Below, one piece after another: positions 55,019-64,000 of a stretch of 64,000 nt of DNA. Numbering within the stretch: the first letter of the stretch is position 1; each line of letters opens with the position of its first letter. The translations under genes and the position numbers were made by a program. The stretch covers positions 422,473 through 486,472 of the forward strand of contig RHPI01003599.1 in the NCBI GenBank assembly GCA_009103225.1, written 5' to 3'. Under the pieces are notes generated by a model. It searched no databases and was not told the DNA's origin. It worked only from the letters and a program-made list of their open reading frames with translations. This stretch comes from Chlorokybus atmophyticus. Lineage: Eukaryota > Plantae > Mesostigma and Chlorokybus algae.

Positions 55019-55446
55019 TTACGCATTGTTTGTTTGCATACTACGCCCTGGCAGTCCTTCAGGCCGTCCTGAGCCACAGGCAAGCTGGGTCAGCCCACGC
55101 TTGTTGCAGGTGTGCGCAGAGCTACCCTATGCTGCGGCATGGGGAGGTTCCCTGAGTCCCTTAGGTAAGGTTGGTTGGTAATTGATGGTGACTGTTGGGT
55201 GGTGCGAATCATTGTCTATGATAGGGTGCTTGACCGGGGGCACCATGCATGCATAGATATCAGTATAGCATAGCTAGGCAGCACCCCGTTGGCCATGTAG
55301 TGCTCGGCCGGCAGCCACAATCTCGCGCTCACACCGTGCAAGGAGCATCCGAGCAGGACTACTACGGCGAGTGCAGTACATGGGGAGCAGCGAGGTCTGC
55401 ACGTGTCACCACGGTAGAGTACATAGGGAGCGCGACGTGCTGTGCG

Positions 55447-55791
55447 CATGCATGCTGCGCGCCAATGGGCGCAAACCCTAACGACGCAACCACAGCAGGG
55501 TGGATGGCGTAGTTGTGGGTGGAGGCGGTGATGTGGGCGGAGGAGGGGGAGTCGGTTGGCTTTGCTGCTGCTGCTGCTGCCTCGGCAAAGACTGGGCCGC
55601 AAACCAATGGCCGTTGTGCGAGTGAAGGCATGTGCGTGTGCATGCTTGCATGGCTAACGGGGTAATAGGGTTAGTTTAGTGTGTAAGGTAGTGAATGAAC
55701 CAAGTGGTCAACCTTACAATGGTGTTGTTGGTATGCATTATGTCACTCTGCATGCTGCTGACGGTGCATGCCACTATGCATGTGCATTTCC
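55447..55791 (-). repeat. Telo-box/Y-patch unit, copy 3
   Basis: Direct repeat of 54700-55018; AAACCCTAA at 55473-55481. Confidence 0.9.
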
Positions 55792-56058
55792 GAATCGCAT
55801 TGTCTGTACACACCTCAGCAATGTTGCAAACTACCTGGGCAGCGCCATGCTAGCAGTATTTACAAGGGGGCAGGAGGGGGTGTGATGACATACAGCTATG
55901 GCAATAACAAGTCTCCACCATGTTCACAATAATCCCTGTCCAGACAGCTCGNCCGAATCGCATTGTCTGTACACACCTCAGCAATGTTGCAAACTACCTG
56001 GGCAGCGCCATGCTAGCAGTATTTACAAGGGGGCAGGAGGGGGTGTGATGACATACAG

Positions 56059-56784
56059 CTATGGCAATAACAAGTCTCCACCATGTTCACAATAATCCCT
56101 GTCCAGACAGCTCGCATCAGTGTAGTTGAGCGCGGCCGAAAGCACTCCTAGCTGCAGTATCATGTCTGTATCGATGGTCGCCATACACGTCGCCACGCTG
56201 TGCGGCCAAGTGACAGTCCATGTGACCAAGCCATGAGCGTGGCCGGCCTCCCGCCTTAAGTCAGGCACAGTGCGTATCCCACGAGTGCGGGCCAACCTGC
56301 CATCCCATCTGGTCAACAAAAACAGTTCAAATGTGGTGCTGTCAGCCACGGCACAGCTGGCATCGACAACTGCGTGGCCGCAGCCTCCGGGCGGCTCGTG
56401 CAAGGTGAGACAGTACCCGCCGGATTTGATCTGTTTACAAAGGGCGGGGTTGAGCGCGGGACACCACATGTTAGGTACAAGGAGGAGGTTGCTGCCATTG
56501 CGCACGATGCAAAAGAGGAGGTGGCTGACGGGGCTGTTGGACTCGTTAGCGAGCTTCCCAAACAACTTGTAGCAGCCGTGCACGTAGTCCATCATGCCTT
56601 TGTAAGAAGGCCAATGACTCAAGTAGTGTGTTCGCTCCACCTCCAATGCGGTCTTGTTCCACACCTTGCTCACGCACCGTGCCACAGCGAGGTCGTGTGG
56701 GGACAACTTGTTGAAGATGAGATGAAGCAAGTCGCCGTCCAAGACTTGCGCACGGATGCTGGCCGTAGCGCTCCTCGTCCGCAT
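56059..56784 (-). CDS. F-box protein with an unrecognised C-terminal domain (paralog D, apparently intact, about 241 aa)
   Basis: TCTCAG acceptor, then ATG; MRTRSATASIRAQVLDGDLLHLIFNKLSPHDLAVARCVSKVWNKT (F-box consensus), HWPSYKGMMDYVHGCY, LLFCIVRNGSNLLLVP, FELFLLTRWDG; no stops; extreme C-terminus lies in an artefactual duplication. Confidence 0.78.
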   Translation of the reverse strand: MRTRSATASIRAQVLDGDLLHLIFNKLSPHDLAVARCVSKVWNKTALEVERTHYLSHWPSYKGMMDYVHGCYKLFGKLANESNSPVSHLLFCIVRNGSNLLLVPNMWCPALNPALCKQIKSGGYCLTLHEPPGGCGHAVVDASCAVADSTTFELFLLTRWDGRLARTRGIRTVPDLRREAGHAHGLVTWTVTWPHSVATCMATIDTDMILQLGVLSAALNYTDASCLDRDYCEHGGDLLLP

Positions 56785-57784
56785 TGCATGCACCTGAGAC
56801 AGCAAACACGATGCTAAGAGTTGCATGAACACGCACATGTGCGTGATCAGGCAACGTTCAACAATGGAAACTTGCGCATGCGCATGTGCATGTGCGCATG
56901 TCGCGTGTGGGGTTTACGACATCAGGTCACACATATAATGTGTCAGTATTGCAGCACACAGAGTAGGTTGCAACTCGCGCATCTGAGGCAGCTAGAATGC
57001 TGATGCGAACTGAGCGCTAGAAGATCTGTACAACAATGCACGCCCATTCAGCAGGTGCATCAATGTGCACAGTGGCGCAAGACATATGCTGAAATGCTGT
57101 GCTGCGCAGTACTACAACTATACGCACCTGAAACTCACAGTCCCATAATTCAGTTGGAGGTGTAGTTACTGAACTGTGAGCAAGAACTCCAAGTGACGCT
57201 GAACTGGAGGGTTTATTTCAGACGTCACACGCATGCACACGCACGCACGCGCCGCAATGAGTGTGTGCAACTATTACATAAGCGCACTTGAACGCTCCAA
57301 CGCGCACACGCACGTGTTCGTGCACGCAAAGGCGCGTTCACACTAGAGTCAGCAACGAATGCACTATTTGCCGTCAACTTCCGCGCCTGGCATAAACGCA
57401 ATTGCACAGGCATTCATTTCGATTGTGCATTGATGTGATAGCAGGCCACAACACCAACCACCATTGCAAAAGTGCGGATTGCGCAGCACTCATAAACCAC
57501 CATAACGGTGATGGTGTAATTCAATCATCAACAACACCATTGCAACTATACTTAGTCCGTGGATGCTTGTTCACACACGACACGAAGTTTACTCACGCAC
57601 CGTCACAGGGCTCGTTTAGCAGTAGTAGCTGCGCCTGCTTGCGGCCAGCACCAATAAGCAAGAAACCGATTGACGCCTTGACGACCTCAATGCCTTGGCC
57701 GCCTGCTGCTAAGCTTAGCCATCGCCTCTGCTGCCCGGCCTGGTCAGGCTGGCAGACCAACAGCAGTTACCTCGTTTACCAGCC

Positions 57785-58165
57785 TCAGCTGGACCAGACC
57801 TCTCCTCCTCCTCCTTCTCCTTCTCCTGGTCCACCACAACCACCGCCTCGCAGTCCGACAACGCCAACGCCAGTGCCAGCGGTCTGCAGCAGCATTGTGT
57901 TTCTGCGGGACGGCGGCGGCGGCGTCAGGCCGTGGTCGTGGGAGGACGCTACGGTGGTGTGGCAAGTGGCCGAGCCCGCCTGCTTGTGCTTCTGATCCTC
58001 CTCCTCCTCCTCCTCCTCCTGGGCACTGGCCAGCTCGTCATGGCCGTTGTGGCTGCCGTCCGTTGTGTAAGCAACGTATGCTGTGCGAGGCCGACCACCG
58101 CAAAAGACTGTCATAGGAGAGTTGCATTCTGCTCCAAGGTACCTGCTGTTGTATGGGTTAAGCAC
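57785..58165 (-). CDS. Upstream ORF/exon of unit D (126 aa, unknown), paralogous to 63378-63660
   Basis: VFCGGRPRTAYVAYTTDGSH versus VFTASGGWPRTVAYTHDGGH; acidic and Gly-rich tail. Confidence 0.4.
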   Translation of the reverse strand: MLNPYNSRYLGAECNSPMTVFCGGRPRTAYVAYTTDGSHNGHDELASAQEEEEEEEDQKHKQAGSATCHTTVASSHDHGLTPPPPSRRNTMLLQTAGTGVGVVGLRGGGCGGPGEGEGGGGEVWSS

Positions 58166-58757
58166 ATCTGCAGCACGCAGTGTAGGTGATGGTGATTAAT
58201 TGGAATGAACTGCGCATGGTTGGTTGTTCATAGCAAGGCTTTCCCCTGTTGGCCGATTGGCATGCATCAGGGGACCACGCCCTGGCAGGCAAGTGTACCT
58301 TGCATGCTTGACGAATGCCGTGCGCACCCCAGCATGGGCTGGCAACCCTTGGCAACCTTGCCAACCTGCGATGCATTGCTCAAGAGCATGACTTTTGTTG
58401 GCCTCTCATAAACAGACAGGCACAGATAAGTGAGCTAGAAGACCATAGTTTACGTTGGGCGAGCCTGCAAGGTTTGGTAAGATGACGTCCCTTGGACTAT
58501 AGGTCAATGTTGACTTCATCGCGCGTGCGTGCATGACTGTGGTTAGTTGCTTTGCTAAGCATACAAAAACCTATGTGGCCTATTAAGGCGATTGCATGTA
58601 CAACAACCGAACACCACTACAATTGTACGGTGGTGTCACACTGCGCCAATCCCTGCCGACTATGCATCACACAGGCACGCCTCATGTAACTGCAATTACG
58701 GCCACACGCACATGTGCTACAAAAGTTGCTACCACAGAGACACCAACTTAAAAGCCC

Positions 58758-59541
58758 TTACGTGGCCTGACTTACAAGCTTAAACCCGTCAGAGGGTGCG
58801 TCTATGATTAAAGGCTCCAACCTAGCCCCCCGTATTATCCCTTCATTGAAAACCACTCCCAACTCAAAGAGAACTGACCCTTGCTGACCAAACTGCATTA
58901 TCGGAATGAAACGCCATTGCACAATGTCCCTCAGTTTTGGTGTGCCAATGATCGAATCCACAAACCCTTGTGCGCGGGTACAAAGCAGATTGCGGTCGCT
59001 TCTTCGCAGCTGGAACAGCTCTAGCATTGTCCGCTACGCCGTGACCAATTGAACATCGTCCCGTGTTATGTTATGTCCGAGTAAATATTGCTGCCGTTAG
59101 AAGGCATGGGATACGCCTTGAAGCCAAGGAATGTCCCATCTATAAAAAAGCTTTGCCGCACTGTAATCAGGTCATGTACTGACTCGGACACAACGGACGC
59201 ATTCGCTTTGCACATGGGTGGGAACAGAAGGTAGTTGTTCGCTGCATGCAAAAGCCTTTTGCGTGCTCTGAGAAAGGACAGCTTTCCTGGCCCAGCACTA
59301 GTCTCTAAATATACTCGAACACGCTGTAACAGCTGTACACGTACTCCATATCAGTTCCGGGTACCCAGGCCAGTGCTCCTTGTAGTTGTGCAGCCTCAAG
59401 AGCAGTCCGCATCAACTTCTTGGCGCAGCACACACATGCCAGGTCCCTCAGGGAGAGCTTATTCAGGATAAGATGCGCAAGGTCTGCATCCTGCAAGACC
59501 TGACCTCGAATAGCCCTCAAGGCTGCACTTCTTGTCTACAT
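58758..59541 (-). pseudogene. F-box family paralog E, nonsense and frameshifted
   Basis: ATG TAG ACA AGA AGT GCA GCC (M*TRSAA), QVLQDADLAHLILNKLSLRDLA, HWPGYP, LFQLRRSDRNL in shifting frames. Confidence 0.75.
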
Positions 59542-59632
59542 TAAAGCTGCCACCTGAGGTGCATAGTTTCCAAGTTTCCTTTTCAATGATATCTTTGCGA
59601 GACTGCTACACAATCATAAAGAAACTGAAAGC

Positions 59633-61141
59633 AATCGCGAGTACGGTTTCCCGTATCGGCCGACAAAATATTGGCAACGGCCGTGCACCTGAGAATACTT
59701 AGCTGCACGGCCGTGGCTCAGTCCACCTGTAATCTCGATACAGGGACCTGATGTAATGGCCGTCACCATCAATCGACGGCCGTTTTATAAAGGGACTGAC
59801 TTAGACTGACAGGTACCTGTTAAATACTCATCAGTCAAGCAAAGGGGACTTGACCTAACTAACCGGTACCTAACAGTTAGGACTGTCCCTCAAAGGTGCC
59901 TAACTATCAGGTACCTTTGGGGTACCTGATGGTACTTTCAAGATACCTGACGTTAATGTCCCCAGTACCTACCGGTACCGTTTAGTCATGAGCAGGTGCT
60001 GCATGCATGTGATTGACGTCAACTGTGAAAGAGAGAGAGACGGCGAGTCACGAGCTTGACTGATCCACAAAATAGAAATAGCAATAAATCACATTACAAC
60101 ATGTTGCTACGCTACAATGTAAACTACATTAAGCTACTACTATTACTACTACTACCCCCATACTCTACCCTTATACTTAGCAGCCGCTTCGCCGCTCCTC
60201 CTCCTCCGCCGCCGCCTCGGCGCTTCTAATCCGCTTGGCCTGGGCGGCAAGGGCGTAAACACAACGGCATCATACACCATGACACATATTAACAAACTCA
60301 CCTACCATACCATTGCCGCCGCCGCCGCCTTAGACTGGCTTAGCCTAGCCTGGCCTGCAAGAAGGGCGGTTGGGTTGCGCTGTTGCACTTAACATGACAT
60401 TGTGCATACAACTCAACTACTCTATGTACACACATATTGATAAACTCACCAACTGCCGCTGCCGTCGTCGCCGCCGCCACACAACTGTCCTCGAACATGA
60501 AGCCGTTCAGCGCTGCTGCGTTTCAAACGCCCACCGGCATCAAGTTTAATGGTATGATCCTACCATCAAAATAGTACGACGGCTTAATTGTACAATCAAA
60601 AGATGAAAACCGTAGATGATACTTTGATGAAATTGTTGTACCATCGCAATGGTACCATTGTTTCATTAAGTGTGCCGAGTATAACTAACCGGACTGATAG
60701 ATACTCGCCGCCATTGCTCGTCACTCTTAGGAGACTTAGTTGGAATTGAGTGAACTTGCTTGCCAATGTAGATTAGTCGCCGCCGCGGCTTATGTACGGC
60801 CGAAGGGCCGGCCGCGGGTCAACTCTGACTCATTAGTATCGACCGTCGCCATTAGGGGCTTGAACATACATTGGAACGCCATAACAGGTAGGTCGCCGTT
60901 ACGGAAGCTGTATGACCGACGGTCGGCCGTCAAAATAGATTGCTGTCATGTCATCACCGGTAGGCAACAGTCCACTGTACTGTACGATAGGCGGTTGGCA
61001 ATTAAGTAGGGTCCATAACATGCACCGGTAGTTCATTCAGTCCCTTTATGGTCCAAGTTGTTACGTCCGCTAGGGTCAGATATGGTCAGTCACCTGACCA
61101 TCCCTCAATCTCTTATTAGTCATCGTGTAAAATTTGTGACG
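59633..61141. mobile_element. About 1.5-kb non-coding DNA-transposon-like element, copy 1
   Basis: Colinear with 61873-63377; subterminal arrays of ACGGCCGT and GGTACC; inverted ATAAAGGGACT/AGTCCCTTTAT; degenerate terminal inverted repeat; no ORF. Confidence 0.65.
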
Positions 61142-61872
61142 AAGCAGCTATGGCTCATTCACACAATGCTCACTTACTTGTGACACACGCTCGTCAACAG
61201 AATGTCAAGCAGTTTTGGTGCTGGGTTGGCACAGGCGCCTCCTGGTTGCCGCCAGCCAGCGCAACTAAGGCAGCACTCATCGCTTTGCAAGCTCGCCATC
61301 ACGTCTCAGCTGATGCAGTAAACACAAAGGCTGCTGGCAGGCTTGCCAGTTGCAACCATGGACGGGACCATTTTAAAATCTCGCCCACCCTATTTACCTC
61401 CCCCTTTGCATTCATTCCGCCCTACTACAAACCACATAGCATGCCTGACTCAAGGCAACCGCCTTTTCCTACAACTCATTAACATCATTCCCTTAAATAA
61501 AGCTAGCTGGGCGGTGAATGCCTAATCATACACGACAAGACAAGTTCCCACGCATTGTCACGAGAGTTGGGTATTGGCAGCATTGAAGCAAACATGTCTG
61601 CCTGCTGCGGATAGCACAAAATAGGCGGCAAGAAACCAATCAACGCCTTAAGCGACGCCCTTGCCGCTTACTACTGCTAGCCATCCCCTCATCTGCTGCG
61701 TGGCCAGGTCTGGCTAGATAAGCAGCAACCTGCTTGCAGTGCAAGGCTGCAGAAGCAAGGCTGTCGTCTGTAAGGAATGATTAGCCTTCGCCTTCTCCTT
61801 CTCCTTTACCACCACCGCCGCCGTTGTCAACGCCGCCGCCTAGTCAAACATTGCCAATGGCAGCCAGGACAA

Positions 61873-63377
61873 TGTCGCAAAATGTTACCCCTGACGGCCG
61901 ATTAAATATCTGCAACGGTTGTAGGATACTCAGTCAGACTGTCGCTGTTCAGTGTGCCGGCGATCTCGATACAGAAGCCTAACGGCCGTTATCATCAGTC
62001 GACGACCGTCTGCATAAAGGGACTAACTGACTGGTACCTATAAATATACCCATAAGTCAAGAAAAAGGGACTTAACCTACCTGACAAGTAACTAATCGGT
62101 ACCTAATAGTAAGGTACCGGCGACTGTAAAATAACTCATTGTAACTGACAGGTACCTTTTGGTACCTGCCGTTATTGAAGGGTACCTGAATAAGTACATG
62201 TTGGGTACCGTTTAATCATGATTAGATACCTCACGTGAGTGATGTCAACAATGATAAACTAATCATAAAATAATATATTGCATGTGTTGCAATTCATACT
62301 AGTACCATGCTACAACATGAACTACTGTGAGCGCCTACTACTGCTGCTGCTACTACTACTACTACCCCAATCGAAGGCCTTATACTAAGCCGCCGCTCCT
62401 GTACTCCACCTCCGCCGCCGCTCCTTGTCCACCGCCGCTCCTGCAAGCACAAGTCAATCACACCAGCGCCATCAACAGCAACATACACACCTATGCTCAC
62501 AGTGTGACAACTTACATAAACATTTTGTTGCTTGCCATATACCACCGCCGCCACCTGGCCTGGCCTAGCCTAGCCTAGCCTGGCCTGGCCTAGCCGCCCA
62601 ATGATCAGAAGGGCGGTTAGGCTGCATGCGCTGTTGCGCACAACACAACGTTATAGCACCAAGCAAATTTGCTACTGTTAGCCGTTACCGCCGCCGCCGC
62701 TGCACAACTCAACTGTTCAACTTGCTTGAAGTCGTTGAGCGTTTGAACCTTGAGCAACCCAAGTGATTCATACGCGTTGTCACAATGGCACCATCGTACC
62801 ATGAAAATGGTACCATGGTGCTATTGTAGTAAGGGATTTTCGTACCATTTGTGGTACGATAGTTGCATGCACCATTGTTCCGCATTGCTTGCCGGCAATA
62901 AAAGACGGGCGGTCAATTAATTGTCATAGTCGGTAGGTTGCCGCCGCACTAATAAACGATCGGTGGTTTGCCGTCACTTATCGACAAGCGGGCAAGTCAC
63001 GGAATACGGGCTGACAGTGACTGACCATAGTAGGCAAGCCGCACATATGGTCAGATGGTTATGATACGACCGACGGCCGACCGTCTCAAAAAATGACCAA
63101 AAGGTGACTGTTTGCTATGCTATATAGGTCGCTATCGAGCAAAATAGACGGCCGGCGATCGGCCGTCACTTGAAGATGCGGTGACGTCACGTTCTACTCA
63201 TCGTAGGCAGGCTCTATTCGCGTGTAGCTATCGGCCGGCCGCTGGCCGTGATTAAATGTTGCTGAGTAGCAGCGGCCGTTCTATAAGTCCCTTCATGGAC
63301 CATTCCGTTAGGTCAGGCAGGGTTAGGTACCCGTCAATCCCTCGGTCCCTAGACAGTCACTGTGTAAAATTGCGATG
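61873..63377. mobile_element. About 1.5-kb non-coding DNA-transposon-like element, copy 2, interrupting the upstream exon of unit E
   Basis: Flanks 61800-61870 and 63378-63410 correspond to sequence that is contiguous at about 57810-57920; ends TGTCGCAAAATGTTAC...GTGTAAAATTGCGATG; same length as copy 1. Confidence 0.7.
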
Positions 63378-63660
63378 AAGCTGTGTGTTGCGGCGGGGCG
63401 GCGGGGTTGCTACCGTTGTAGTTGCGGGAGGAGGCTGCGGCGTTGCGGGAGTTCTCTAAGCTCCACCTGCTTGTGCTTAATTCATCCTGCTTCTCGTGCT
63501 GATAGGCGCCGGCCGGATGATCATCGTCGATGTGGCCGCCATCATGTGTGTAAGCAACTGTGCGAGGCCAACCACCGCTAGCGGTAAAGACTTTGTTTGC
63601 ATTGATGTGTGGATTGCTGATGTTGTAGGCTTGCATGTAGGTCTTAGCCCCGTAGCTCAC
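63378..63660 (-). pseudogene. Upstream ORF/exon of unit E, truncated by the 1.5-kb insertion
   Basis: GGWPRTVAYTHDGGH motif shared with 57785-58165; homology resumes at 61870-61500. Confidence 0.45.
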
Positions 63661-64000
63661 TGTGTAGGTAAGTTTTCACCTAATGCTACACGCTTGCATG
63701 TTAATGTGATAGAGGGTTGATGTTCTCCATAACAACTTGCTCATCTTGGCGCATGCTTCGGTGAGGCCGTTGTTGCATTTGCTCATGCATTAAGCACCCG
63801 CAATAGTGCACACGATACTCACAAACCCAAGCACAACCGGCAGCAGGTAAAGTTATAGCAGTTAAGCACTTCAGCTAGTGAAGTAACAGGATGCTACGAG
63901 ATATTATGCACACGATCTGTAACAGTCAAGGCCAAATTCTGTGATTTTCATGGCCGTTTTAGGCCTTATTTGTAAGGTACATGTTTTTAATGACTTGTGG

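Noticed and set aside
55790-56114. Exact 162-bp tandem duplication
   Set aside because: The two identical copies (55790-55951 and 55953-56114) are separated by a single N, the signature of an unmerged contig overlap.

Overview
Eukaryotic nuclear DNA with spliceosomal introns, from a short-read draft assembly (two N gaps, one unmerged overlap, a suspect poly-G run). RPS26 and SMO2 are close to land-plant sequences and a flagellar DAW1/ODA16 gene is present, so the source is most likely a flagellate-stage streptophyte green alga (inference). Layout: (1) 1-8.5 kb, decayed accessory DNA with two probable KDZ (Kyakuja-type) transposase relics and an orphan coiled-coil exon. (2) 9-45.8 kb, a gene-dense block arranged almost entirely as head-to-head pairs: RPS26, CCT4/glutaredoxin, two SDRs, ZPR1, SMO2/tandem cNMP-binding protein, DAW1/TauD-like dioxygenase, secreted EGF+GH43-like protein/SPT4. 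(3) 46-64 kb, an accessory array of five paralogous F-box genes (MxTRS start plus an unrecognised C-terminal domain; one intact, four decayed), with repeated telo-box units and two diverged copies of a 1.5-kb non-coding TIR-like element. The most unusual signal is nine perfect palindromes (arms 12-33 bp, loops 0-2 nt) of unrelated sequence in non-coding DNA. Several form overlapping chains, and paralog comparison suggests two arose as templated insertions, pointing to a recurrent palindrome-generating process unless they are library artefacts. No rRNA, tRNA or CRISPR array was seen.
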